Assembly: GCA_964509145.1 (NCBI GenBank)
Contig: CAZDWM010000001.1
Span: 1 to 44,184, forward strand
Source: an uncultured Eubacteriales bacterium
Lineage (GTDB): Bacteria; Bacillota; Clostridia; Oscillospirales; Acutalibacteraceae
Direction of reading: 5' to 3'
DNA: 44,184 nt
The number at the start of each line of letters is the position of its first letter. Within the stretch, counting starts at the first letter, position 1. Below the pieces are notes generated by a model. It had not been told where the DNA came from and searched no databases. It saw only the letters and a program-made list of their open reading frames with translations. This document shows, piece after piece, positions 1 to 8,865 of this stretch. Made by a program: the position numbers and the translations under genes.

Positions 1-1
1 C

Positions 2-700
2 ATATACACGAAAAAGCCCGTTATGAACATCGAGATACATAACGCCCTCATTCAGGACAAAACAGATCACTTCGCCACCGCATGGAACAGGGCGGTGCTA
101 AACAGCGGCTGCCGGCACACCTATTCTATGACAAATGAGGACTATTACATCTTCCTCTCGGCTCATCTGCGCAAGCATTTTTTCGGCGGCGGCACCGGCG
201 TACGCTCTGTCACCGACGTCTGGGTTTATCTTAAGGATTACGAAAGCCGGCTCGACTGGGCGTATATTGAGGATAAGCTCGAAAAAAGCGGGCTTTGGGC
301 TTTTGACAGGAAAATTTACGCCTTGTGCCGCTGCTGGTTCGCTGGTGCAGAAAAGACTACGGAAATCGCCGAACTTGAACAACAGATTCTTTTCAGCGCC
401 GCCTACGGGACGCAGGACAGCTCCGCGAAAAACGCTGTTCTTTCCGAAATTAACAGGACGGTCGGCGGAAAAAGTGCGTTTTCGCGAAAGCTTCGCTACA
501 GCCTTCGGCTGATGTTCCCCGGCGTTTCCCTGATGTCCGAAAGCTATCCGTTCGTCAAGAAATACAAGGTTCTCCTTCCGTTCGCCTGGATTCACCGCGG
601 CTTTTCGAGCCTTTTCTCGCGAAAGAACACGGTGAAAACCACCCTGACAAACGTCCTCGAAATAAAAAATGACGACCTTAATGGCATAAACAAAAAATAA
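2..700 (+). CDS. nucleotidyltransferase-family protein, C-terminal part (5' end outside the window)
   Basis: The frame is open from position 2 with no stop before the ATG at 23, so the gene probably starts upstream of the window. The segment HLRKHFFGGGTGVRSVTDVWVY resembles the 'uncharacterised nucleotidyltransferase' (PF14907-like) family from memory. The stop is at 698-700. Confidence 0.5.
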   Translation: MYTKKPVMNIEIHNALIQDKTDHFATAWNRAVLNSGCRHTYSMTNEDYYIFLSAHLRKHFFGGGTGVRSVTDVWVYLKDYESRLDWAYIEDKLEKSGLWAFDRKIYALCRCWFAGAEKTTEIAELEQQILFSAAYGTQDSSAKNAVLSEINRTVGGKSAFSRKLRYSLRLMFPGVSLMSESYPFVKKYKVLLPFAWIHRGFSSLFSRKNTVKTTLTNVLEIKNDDLNGINKK

Positions 701-742
701 TTTATGTAAAACAACAAAATATTTTTAGTCGTTTCAAAAGTA

Positions 743-771
743 TTGACTTTCCAAAACCATGCATATATAAT
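743..771 (+). promoter_or_regulatory. sigma-A type promoter of the ABC/DUF1854 operon
   Basis: TTGACT (743-748), a 17-bp spacer, then TATAAT (766-771). It lies 56 bp upstream of the ATG at 827. Confidence 0.6.
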
Positions 772-826
772 GCCCATAAACCCCGTGGTTAAAAACGCCG
801 GTTCACAAGAAACAGAGGTGTTAAGC

Positions 827-3100
827 ATGAGTTTTGAAGGCTTGCTTACCAATGTTCCCGTTCCCCGAAGTATACAGGAAACCGTCCTGAAGCTTAATTC
901 AAGCGGCGACTCACCGTTATTTGCCGTCGTGGGCGACTTAAGTCTGTCCGGCAAATACGGGGATTCGGCGCTTTTCGTTTATGAAGACCGTCTGATTGCC
1001 GTCGACGAGTCCTACGAAAGCGGCGGCACAATCACCCCCTTTAACGACATCGCAGAAATTAAGGTTAAGCGTATGTACGGTAACGCCGTGCTTAAAATTG
1101 AGGACGCGAACGGTAAAAAATCCGACGTTATCCGCTTCACCTATTCAGCCGCCGACGTGTGCGACTCCGCCGCGCTTTTTGTCGAGAAGGTCAACGCCGG
1201 TGAGGATGTACAGGAGGCTATAGAGGTTGTCCGCGCAACCTACAAAAATCTTCGCAGCTTCTGCCCTAAGTGCGGAAGAAAGCTTCCAAACCCCGACGCC
1301 GAATGCCTCAACTGTCAGGGCAAGTCAAAGCTTATTCACAAATTTGCGAAATATGTCAAGCCTCACGTCAAACAGCTTGTACTGTGCCTGTTCCTTTCTA
1401 TTTTTACCACGGCAATGGCGCTTGTCCCGCCGTACATCACCGGCTACATGGTCGATAAGGTTCTTCCAAACCGCGACACACGGATGCTGCTTATAGTCAT
1501 CGTTGTGCTTCTTTCAGTCTATATTCTCCAGTTCACTATAGGCGGCATCCGCGGTTATCTGTTGCGGCTTGCCGGCGACAAAATTATCGTGGACCTTAAA
1601 ACGGACATCTACGCCAAGGCACAGTTCCTGCCTATGCGTTTCTATGATAAAACGAGCACCGGCTCCGTCATTAACCGCATCAACGGCGACACGGCGGTGC
1701 TTCAGGCCTTTATGCTCCGTATTACTCAGGAGGCCGTCGTTCAAGCGTTTACGCTTGTCGGCGTCATCTGCATTATGCTGGTTATGGATTGGCGGCTGAC
1801 GCTGCTGTCTCTGATTCCCGTTCCGCTTGTCGTTTTATGCGGCCGCTATTTCGGCAAGCGCATAGCGCCCATGTACCGCCGCCTGTGGCGTCGCGGCACG
1901 TCGCTTTACACAATGCTCGCCGACACCATTCCAGGCATCCGCGTCATTAAGGCGTTCACGAGCGAGAAGCGCACCATCGACCGCTTCGAGCGCTATTCAA
2001 ATGACTGGCTTCAGGAGGACAAGGCGGCGGCAAAGACGGCCAATGCTTTCCCGTCGGTCATCACGTTCCTCATCACCTGCGGTTCGCTTATTATTTGGTT
2101 CGTCGGCGGCAACTGGGTCATCGGCGGCTCCGGCGGCGTCACCACGGGTCTGCTCGTCTCTTTTATCTCCTACGCGAGTATGTTCTACGCGCCGGTCAAC
2201 TTCTTCGCCAACCTCAACGATTCCTACCAAAACGCCCTGGCGTCCGCCGAAAAAATTCTCGACATTATCAACGCCGAGCCCGAGCACGACTTCGGCAAGG
2301 GCAACAAGCCCGGACGTATGAAGGGCAGAATAGAGTTCCGCAATGTCAACTTCAGCTTCGACCGCTCCAAGAAGGCGCTTGAGGATATAAATCTTGTAAT
2401 TGAGCCCGGCGACGTGGTCGGCATCGTCGGCACTACGGGTGCGGGCAAGTCGACGCTCATCAACCTTCTGCTGCGCTACTACGACGACTATGAGGGCGAA
2501 ATCCTCATCGACGGTATCAACATCAAAGACATCGACGCCGACTACTACCGCGGCCAAATCGGCTATGTCCAACAGGAGCCGATGATGTTCCGCGATACCA
2601 TCTATAATAACATCGCCTACAGCAACCCCGACGCGCATGTCGAGCAGGTCTTGAACGCCGCCGACATCGCCAACGCCCACGGCTTCATCTCGCGCCTGCC
2701 TGACTCCTACGACACATTGCTCGGCGAGCGTGGCGTCGGTCTTTCGGGCGGCGAACGGCAGCGGCTTTCCATCGCGCGAGCCGTCCTTAAAAACCCGAGT
2801 ATGCTTGTCTTCGACGAGGCGACGGCCGCCGTCGACTCCGAAACGGAGCACCTGATTCAGGAATCAATTGAGAGGCTCATCCGGGGCAGGACGACGCTGA
2901 TGATTGCCCACCGTCTTTCGACGCTGCGCAAGGCCAACAAAATTATAGTCGTCGACAAGGGTCGTGTCATAGAGTTCGGCTCGCCCGACGAGCTGCTTAA
3001 GATGCAGGGCAAGTATTTCAAGCTGATTCAAATTCAGTCTATGTCCGATAAGGCAAGAGAAATCAAAGAGGCCGAAAACCTCGAAATCGCCATCGGTTAA
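827..3100 (+). CDS. ABC exporter (fused permease/ATPase) with a ~190-aa N-terminal cytoplasmic extension containing a zinc ribbon
   Basis: Walker A GTTGAGKST, signature LSGGERQR, Walker B MLVFDEATAAVD and H-loop IAHRL follow a six-TM type-I exporter core. The N-terminal extension carries CPKC-x12-CLNC. I moved the start from the ORF-track TTG at 743 (which is the -35 hexamer) to ATG 827, which has GAGGTG 6 nt upstream. Confidence 0.88.
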   Translation: MSFEGLLTNVPVPRSIQETVLKLNSSGDSPLFAVVGDLSLSGKYGDSALFVYEDRLIAVDESYESGGTITPFNDIAEIKVKRMYGNAVLKIEDANGKKSDVIRFTYSAADVCDSAALFVEKVNAGEDVQEAIEVVRATYKNLRSFCPKCGRKLPNPDAECLNCQGKSKLIHKFAKYVKPHVKQLVLCLFLSIFTTAMALVPPYITGYMVDKVLPNRDTRMLLIVIVVLLSVYILQFTIGGIRGYLLRLAGDKIIVDLKTDIYAKAQFLPMRFYDKTSTGSVINRINGDTAVLQAFMLRITQEAVVQAFTLVGVICIMLVMDWRLTLLSLIPVPLVVLCGRYFGKRIAPMYRRLWRRGTSLYTMLADTIPGIRVIKAFTSEKRTIDRFERYSNDWLQEDKAAAKTANAFPSVITFLITCGSLIIWFVGGNWVIGGSGGVTTGLLVSFISYASMFYAPVNFFANLNDSYQNALASAEKILDIINAEPEHDFGKGNKPGRMKGRIEFRNVNFSFDRSKKALEDINLVIEPGDVVGIVGTTGAGKSTLINLLLRYYDDYEGEILIDGINIKDIDADYYRGQIGYVQQEPMMFRDTIYNNIAYSNPDAHVEQVLNAADIANAHGFISRLPDSYDTLLGERGVGLSGGERQRLSIARAVLKNPSMLVFDEATAAVDSETEHLIQESIERLIRGRTTLMIAHRLSTLRKANKIIVVDKGRVIEFGSPDELLKMQGKYFKLIQIQSMSDKAREIKEAENLEIAIG

Positions 3101-3113
3101 GGGAGGCAGTGTA

Positions 3114-3605
3114 ATGACCTCAAGACGATACATAGACGGCCAGGAAGCCATCATCACGGTGAACGACGGCATTTTTGTCGACGTCGAGTTTTACGACGGC
3201 GTTAAAATCGAGATGCTCGAGCCGAAAAGGCTTTTTCCAATCAGCGGTCTGACAAAATACATCACCCTGCTCGACAGCGATGGCAATGAGGCGGCCATCA
3301 TCCGGAATGTCGACAACCTTTTACCCGAATCCAAAAAAACCGTCCTGCGCTGCCTTGAGGAATATTACATGATTCCCAAAATTACACGCTTCATCAACCG
3401 TTCTGAAAAGTTCCGCATCTGGCTCTGGACGGTTGAAACAGACAGGGGAGTGCACACGTTCGAGGTCATCAACCACCTCGTCGCCGTCAAACCGCTTTAC
3501 GACGGCAGGATTTTAATCAAGGACGCCAACGACAACCGTTATGAAATCCCCAACATCAACGAGCTTGACAGACGTTCACAAAAGCTCATTATGCCCGACA
3601 TTTAA
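3114..3605 (+). CDS. DUF1854-family protein (partner of the upstream ABC exporter)
   Basis: 163 aa. GGGAGG (3101-3106) lies 7 nt before the ATG and 13 bp after the ABC stop, so it is in the same operon. I recognise the sequence as the DUF1854 family that accompanies, or is fused to, ABC transporters (family call from memory). Confidence 0.7.
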   Translation: MTSRRYIDGQEAIITVNDGIFVDVEFYDGVKIEMLEPKRLFPISGLTKYITLLDSDGNEAAIIRNVDNLLPESKKTVLRCLEEYYMIPKITRFINRSEKFRIWLWTVETDRGVHTFEVINHLVAVKPLYDGRILIKDANDNRYEIPNINELDRRSQKLIMPDI

Positions 3606-3632
3606 ACGTCAGGGAAAGGACAGGGTCGTCAC

Positions 3633-5093
3633 GTGATTAAAAAGGCTTGGGAGTCTTTTCGTGAAAACAAATCTTACTATATAGGAATTTTTGTTGTCTG
3701 CGCCGCCGTGTTTGCGTTTTTTTATACTCTCAACAGGCTTACGGGTATGCACGACGACGACTATCACTTCAAGTTTGTCTTTTTCGACTTTAACCCAACC
3801 GCTTATGACCGGCGCGTCGAAAACCTCAGCGACATATTTCTGTCCGTTAAAAACTATTATATATTAAGCGGCGGCAGGGTTGTGGCACATTTTCTGACCT
3901 ATCTGATGCTTTTCATCGGCAAGCCTTTTTTCAACGTTATTAACAGCCTTGTCTTTGTTCTTTTGGGGCTGCTTGTTTTGTTCATAATTCGCGGCAAGCT
4001 CGGCAGGCGCAACTTTTCCAGCGCGGCTCTTCTAATCATCATCTATGCGCTGTTCTGGTTCCTTTTCCCGGCGATGGGCGAAACGGTTTTCTGGCTGTCG
4101 GGCGCGACGAATTACCTTTGGATGGCGTGCCTGTGTCTATCTTTCATGCTGCCGTATGTCCGTTATTACCGCGGTGAATCACGTCTGCGCGACAACGCTG
4201 CGGCAGTCGTGCTGATGTTTGTTTTCGGCATTTTTGCCGGTGTGACAAACGAAAACACCGGCGGCGCAGTGCTCTATATTCTGTTTATTTATTTCTTAAT
4301 GTGCAGGAAGGATAAGCTGCGTATTCCGAAATGGGCTGTTTCGGGTATTGTGGGGCTTGTTTTGGGTATTACCTTTCTTGTTGCGGCACCCGGAAACGCG
4401 CATCGGGCGGCAAACATAGAGCAGGGCTCCGCGATAAACTTTTTCAACAGCATCTATAAGCTTTATTATGTTGTTTCCGTTCTGCGCGACGGCACCATTT
4501 ATCTCGTGCTCGCGGTACTGCTGCTGACTGTTGTGATTATCTTTAAAAGCCGCGCAAGCGAAGCGGCCAAAGCCGTCACCAACCGCTCCCTTGCCTTTCT
4601 CATCGGCGGATTGATGTCAAGCTTTGTTCTGTTGTTGACACCCGAATACAACGACAGGGCATATCTCTTCGGCATCCTCCTTGTCATCGTTTCGTTCCTG
4701 ATTGCGGCCGACCAGCTTGTAGCTGCGTCAATTGGTTCGAGTGTCCGAAAGAAATCACTGCCGCCAAAAATTGTTCTTTATATCTCTACCGCCGCAGTGT
4801 TTGTCTTTTGTTCGCTGTCCATGCGCTCGGTTTTTCTTGAATTTGTCGTGATGGATAAATTCAACCGTTACGAATACACCTGCTTTGAAAAAGCAAAGAC
4901 CGACGGTAAAACCGAGGTTACCATCGACAGAATTATGTACCGCGAAAGCGACTACAACATCAACGACTTTGTTAAAAATATCGGTCCGTCCGATGACGAC
5001 TATATTAACCTTTGGCTCGCGCGGTATTACGGTTTTGACAAGGTTCACTGCGGTAAGGAAATTAACTCGCTTGAGGAACTGGGGCTGAATTGA
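3633..5093 (+). CDS. polytopic membrane protein, possible GT-C-type glycosyltransferase (DUF6056-like from memory)
   Basis: 486 aa with a GTG start and at least 10 hydrophobic spans. The N-terminal DDDYHF...SGGRVVAHFL region is typical of large glycosyl/arabinosyl-transferase-like membrane proteins. No catalytic assignment is possible from the sequence alone. Confidence 0.55.
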   Translation: MIKKAWESFRENKSYYIGIFVVCAAVFAFFYTLNRLTGMHDDDYHFKFVFFDFNPTAYDRRVENLSDIFLSVKNYYILSGGRVVAHFLTYLMLFIGKPFFNVINSLVFVLLGLLVLFIIRGKLGRRNFSSAALLIIIYALFWFLFPAMGETVFWLSGATNYLWMACLCLSFMLPYVRYYRGESRLRDNAAAVVLMFVFGIFAGVTNENTGGAVLYILFIYFLMCRKDKLRIPKWAVSGIVGLVLGITFLVAAPGNAHRAANIEQGSAINFFNSIYKLYYVVSVLRDGTIYLVLAVLLLTVVIIFKSRASEAAKAVTNRSLAFLIGGLMSSFVLLLTPEYNDRAYLFGILLVIVSFLIAADQLVAASIGSSVRKKSLPPKIVLYISTAAVFVFCSLSMRSVFLEFVVMDKFNRYEYTCFEKAKTDGKTEVTIDRIMYRESDYNINDFVKNIGPSDDDYINLWLARYYGFDKVHCGKEINSLEELGLN

Positions 5094-5097
5094 TAAG

Positions 5098-5120
5098 CGG
5101 GTACCGTCCGGTACCTTTTA
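5098..5120 (+). terminator. intrinsic terminator after the membrane protein gene
   Basis: GGTACC (5100-5105), loop GTCC, GGTACC (5110-5115), then TTTT. Confidence 0.5.
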
Positions 5121-5157
5121 ATATATAATTTTATGCCTCATGAAAGGAAGAAACATA

Positions 5158-5484
5158 ATGAAGCTCGTTCTCGCAATCGTAAACAATGACGACAGCGCCG
5201 TTGTGGTATCGGAGCTGACGCACGAAAACTATATCGTCACAAAGCTGTCCACAACCGGCGGCTTTCTGATGGTCGGCAACACGACGCTGCTAATCGGCGC
5301 GGAGGACAAGGATGTACCGCGCATTAAGGAAATCATTAACCGGTTTTCGCAGACACGAAAGTGCGTCAAGCCCACCAGCGCCACGCTCGGCAGAGGTCTG
5401 TCCCCAAACGGTCTCGAGCATGAGGTGTCCGTCGGCGGCGCCATTGTTTTTGTTCTCGGCGTGGACGAAATGGAGAAATACTGA
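5158..5484 (+). CDS. darA: cyclic-di-AMP receptor, PII-like protein DarA (YaaQ/PstA family)
   Basis: MKLVLAIVNNDD...VTKLSTTGGFL..GNTTLLIG...VGGAIVFVL aligns along its whole length with B. subtilis DarA/YaaQ. I chose the ATG at 5158 (AAAGGAAG upstream) rather than 5140. Confidence 0.85.
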   Translation: MKLVLAIVNNDDSAVVVSELTHENYIVTKLSTTGGFLMVGNTTLLIGAEDKDVPRIKEIINRFSQTRKCVKPTSATLGRGLSPNGLEHEVSVGGAIVFVLGVDEMEKY

Positions 5485-5506
5485 GCAAACAAGAGAGCAA
5501 ATAAAG

Positions 5507-5545
5507 CTCGCCGAACAAGTTAGGCTTGTTCGGCGAGTTCGTTTA
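5507..5545. terminator. bidirectional intrinsic terminator between convergent genes
   Basis: A perfect 13-bp stem, CTCGCCGAACAAG (5507-5519) / CTTGTTCGGCGAG (5525-5537). It is A-rich on the 5' side and T-rich on the 3' side. Confidence 0.7.
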
Positions 5546-5561
5546 TCTCATAATGACCGGC

Positions 5562-6344
5562 TCATTGCCCCGTAATTTCAACAACCGGATTGATTGACGT
5601 ACAGGAGTCGCCTTTAAACTGCACATCGGTCTTCAGCCAGTAGCCGAGCTCAACCGGTTTTGGGTCATCGGCGAACACAAAATTCAGCGCAACAGCTCCT
5701 CGGATTGTTTCACCCAGCGTAAAATCCTGAACCGCGCCAAAATACAGTCCCTCATAAGCCGCCCTGTCGCTAAAGTCGAGCGTCTTGGTGCTCATGGCGG
5801 TGACGGCTTTAAAGATGTTTTTGTCCTCGTCCACGGGAGTTATCGCGACAAGACCCTTCGCTTCGGCCTCAAGTGCCTCGGCGGAGTAAATGACATTAGT
5901 AAACTTGCCGTCGGTATATTTTAGAATATGCAGATCCTCGTTTTGGTTTGTTTCGCCCCTGCTGATGAGCAGAGAAAGCGCCAGTTCCTTTTCGCCGTCG
6001 CCGTCGTAGTCGCTCATAAACACCTCGGGTACGGAAGTGGCGTTGAGATACTGCCACGCGAAATACTGTAGCGTTTTTTTATACTTGACAAACAACCCGA
6101 ATTTGCCTGTGGCGTTGACGTCATATATATAGACGCCGTCGTCGGGCAGAGACGCGACAAGCGGATAGTCAACCGAGAAATAAACGTCATGGTCGGTCTG
6201 GAGCGTGTCTGAAAGCGCGTCCGCCTCAACGGTGACATCCTCCGGCACATCGACGAGCTTGTAGCCCCCCGAGCGCTTTGTGCAGCCGGAAACCGACAGC
6301 AGCACCATAACCGCCGCCATAACAACGCAGATATTTTTTTTCAT
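5562..6344 (-). CDS. lipoprotein of unknown function (FG-GAP-like DYDGDGEKE segment)
   Basis: Starting at ATG 6344 gives MKKNICVVMAAVMVLLSVSGC, a signal peptide with a lipobox. The longer ORF-track form would overlap the gtrA-like gene by 110 nt. Confidence 0.7.
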   Translation of the reverse strand: MKKNICVVMAAVMVLLSVSGCTKRSGGYKLVDVPEDVTVEADALSDTLQTDHDVYFSVDYPLVASLPDDGVYIYDVNATGKFGLFVKYKKTLQYFAWQYLNATSVPEVFMSDYDGDGEKELALSLLISRGETNQNEDLHILKYTDGKFTNVIYSAEALEAEAKGLVAITPVDEDKNIFKAVTAMSTKTLDFSDRAAYEGLYFGAVQDFTLGETIRGAVALNFVFADDPKPVELGYWLKTDVQFKGDSCTSINPVVEITGQ

Positions 6345-6351
6345 AACGGTA

Positions 6352-6885
6352 TCATTCCTTTGTCGTGTTATTCTCATTCTTTTTGAAAATGAACAGCTTG
6401 CTGAAAATGTAGTTAAGCACAACAACCACGACCTGAACGATGAGCTTCGCCGCCATCTCATTCATCAGCATAATGCTGACGAACAGGAACATCATGCCTG
6501 TGTCGATGAGTAGCGTCACCAGACGCGCACTGATAAAGCTTGTCAGTTCGCGGATAACCGTCGCCCGTTCGCGTGACTTTGAGTTAAACACATACAGCTT
6601 GTTTGCCACAAAGCCGAAGAACACGGCGCACAGCCACGACAGTACGTTTGAGTCGATATATGCGTAGTCTTGCCCTTTTCTGAACAATCCCGCGACGCCT
6701 TCCCAGCCTATAACCGAAAACAATCGGTTAAACAGCCAGAAGGTTCCGACAGCTACGACCGTAGTCAGTCCGCCGACAAACAGGTACATTATCATTTCCC
6801 TGTTGAACAGCTTGCCCAGCACCTTGTTTTCGTTTAGCACTTTATAAAGCCTAATGTGTTCGACCCAATTCCAAAATTTGTCCAT
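6352..6885 (-). CDS. GtrA-family membrane protein (polyprenyl-phosphate-sugar handling)
   Basis: 177 aa with four TM spans. It shows the FVGGLTTVV N-terminal and NYIFSKLFIFK C-terminal signatures of GtrA-like proteins. GGAGG lies 4 nt before the ATG. Confidence 0.8.
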   Translation of the reverse strand: MDKFWNWVEHIRLYKVLNENKVLGKLFNREMIMYLFVGGLTTVVAVGTFWLFNRLFSVIGWEGVAGLFRKGQDYAYIDSNVLSWLCAVFFGFVANKLYVFNSKSRERATVIRELTSFISARLVTLLIDTGMMFLFVSIMLMNEMAAKLIVQVVVVVLNYIFSKLFIFKKNENNTTKE

Positions 6886-6970
6886 TGTGCCTCCGAATAA
6901 TTAAAGACTAATAGCGAAAGGTGAATGGCTTGAATAATTTCCAAGGGTTGCGGTAAGCAGCGCGAGGTAA

Positions 6971-7417
6971 TCAGTCCACCGTGACGGTGCCGTCCTCGGT
7001 AACCGTAATTTTCATGCCGTCCTTGACGTAATCGAGGAACTCGACGCCGAGACTGTCGACGGCTACAATTGTTCCGTCCGTCCATACATCAGAGAGAATG
7101 ACACCCGCCGCCGCGAGGGAGTCGATCGGCTGTGAGAACAGCATCGCGCTGGGCGCAATGCCTAAGGCACATACGCTGTACAGCACCATGCCGCCCGTCG
7201 TCGAGCCGATGGTCTGCGGCAGACAGAGTACCTTTTTTGTTAAGTTCTTGTTGTACAGGTCGGGGTTGTTCTGGTCGGAGCAGATGACCTCCGACGCCTT
7301 TTTAAGCGCACTTTTCTGGAAAGACGCAAGCGTGTTGACGCCCTGATGCGAAACCACCGCGTCCACCTTATCTATTATGCCCGCTACAACAGGGCGACCC
7401 TTAAATATTTTGCTCAT
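6971..7417 (-). CDS. aconitase X swivel-domain subunit (DUF126, AcnX small subunit)
   Basis: 148 aa, starting 2 nt after the stop of the DUF521 gene. The GRPVVAG...LCLPQTIGSTTGG pattern is typical of DUF126. Confidence 0.8.
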   Translation of the reverse strand: MSKIFKGRPVVAGIIDKVDAVVSHQGVNTLASFQKSALKKASEVICSDQNNPDLYNKNLTKKVLCLPQTIGSTTGGMVLYSVCALGIAPSAMLFSQPIDSLAAAGVILSDVWTDGTIVAVDSLGVEFLDYVKDGMKITVTEDGTVTVD

Positions 7418-7419
7418 GC

Positions 7420-8721
7420 TTAAAATCCTCCCTTCACCGCGACGGTTGTTATCTCATCGTCGGTTAAGTAACGCGCCGTGGTGTATGTACGCAGCTTGTT
7501 GGAGTTTGTTATAACCGGCTTTTTGCCGCAGAGCGGATTGTTCATATACATCAGCGGGCAGATGCTCGTCAGCTTGACGCCGAAGCCGGTCAGCTTATCG
7601 TATGCCGCTTTGTTTTCTTTTATGAACCTCTCAAGCACCTCGGGCGCTGTTGAAAGCACGACGGACATACCGACCTTTGACCTTCCCTGCTTTTTCAGCT
7701 CGTTTTCAAAGCGTCCCGTCCATTCGGCAAGTTGACCGAAGGTGAGGTGCGGGCAACCGATGAAGCAACGCACGGGCTTTGCGTCGGGATTCTTTTCCCA
7801 CGCGCCGATTTTTGGGTAGCCGTTCTTGACGCGCTCAAGCTCCGCGTCGTCGATAACATAGGTCTTCGCGTCGTCGCGGACAAGCGCCGAGCCTAGCTCG
7901 ACCGCTTCGGGCGTCAGGTTCTCGACGTGATAAAGCCCGACCGCGCCGTTTGACGCAGTGGCCGCGCCCATATCCTTGAAATAAGCCTTAACCGTGTCGT
8001 TAAGCTCGTTACCGATAAATTTATCCAGCCCCTGGATGAACGGCACATCCTCCATCACCTTTTTGCCGATGGCGGAGCCGAGGATTTGCGCCTCCGGCTT
8101 TTTCGTCGTCTTGACCTCGATAATCCATTTTGCTTTTCTGCCCTCATCGGTGAGCAGGTCAAACTCGGGCACCTTGCCAAGAATCGAGCCGAACAGCTCA
8201 ATGATGCCGGAGTTCCTGTTACAGCGCGCACCTAAGACGGAGTTGGCGTAAACGACGGCCGACGATTCTGCCCACGAGAGAACGTCGCCCTTTTGGGGTG
8301 TATTTCCCACCTCGTCGAGATAGCACGTACAGGTGAACGACTTTGGGCTCTTGAGACCGACCTTTTGAAGCTGAGCCTCGTAGGGCGTCTGCATACCGTA
8401 TATAACCTTGTTGAACACCAGCTTTTCAAGCAGGTTGCATTTAACGTTTTCATAATCAATCGGTCGCGGGTCGACGGTGAACGTTTCGTCGACCTTTAGT
8501 CCGGCGGCAATCAACTCGTCCATGATGCTGAAAACAGGCTTGAGGACGGAAATACCGAAGCTCGTGACAAGATGACCCTTGCCGGTGACGGGGACAAACC
8601 TTTGAGCATTAAAAGCGTCGCCGTATAGTACGAGTGATTTCATCACTTTAGCCAACGCTTCGCCCTTTGAGCCGTTGAGGATATTTTCCTCTTCGGGTGT
8701 CAATTTCATGTTATATTTCAT
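7420..8721 (-). CDS. aconitase X catalytic subunit (DUF521, AcnX large subunit)
   Basis: 433 aa. The MKLTPEEENILNGSKGEA N-terminus is typical of DUF521 (family call from memory). The start could be ATG 8721 or ATG 8709, and neither has a clear SD. Confidence 0.8.
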   Translation of the reverse strand: MKYNMKLTPEEENILNGSKGEALAKVMKSLVLYGDAFNAQRFVPVTGKGHLVTSFGISVLKPVFSIMDELIAAGLKVDETFTVDPRPIDYENVKCNLLEKLVFNKVIYGMQTPYEAQLQKVGLKSPKSFTCTCYLDEVGNTPQKGDVLSWAESSAVVYANSVLGARCNRNSGIIELFGSILGKVPEFDLLTDEGRKAKWIIEVKTTKKPEAQILGSAIGKKVMEDVPFIQGLDKFIGNELNDTVKAYFKDMGAATASNGAVGLYHVENLTPEAVELGSALVRDDAKTYVIDDAELERVKNGYPKIGAWEKNPDAKPVRCFIGCPHLTFGQLAEWTGRFENELKKQGRSKVGMSVVLSTAPEVLERFIKENKAAYDKLTGFGVKLTSICPLMYMNNPLCGKKPVITNSNKLRTYTTARYLTDDEITTVAVKGGF

Positions 8722-8737
8722 TTTTAAGACTATATGA

Positions 8738-8761
8738 TATTCATCGTTATAATGATGAATA
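8738..8761 (-). promoter_or_regulatory. 24-bp palindrome overlapping a -10-like element upstream of the AcnX genes
   Basis: TATTCATC-N8-GATGAATA with perfect 8-bp arms. The spacer GTTATAAT reads TATAAC on the coding (minus) strand. Confidence 0.3.
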
Positions 8762-8865
8762 ATTTCCCTTTCTTTTTTTTATTACCGCCGTGATACGGAG
8801 GCAATGGCGGGCAGGCTTTCGACCTGTCCGCAATTTTTGAGGGTTGAAATGTTCGCTTTCTTCCC

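Noticed and set aside
743-826. The ORF-track start (TTG 743) would add 28 residues to the ABC exporter.
   Set aside because: The TTG is the first base of a TTGACT-17-TATAAT promoter, so the extension would lie upstream of the transcription start. ATG 827 has a proper GAGGTG SD.
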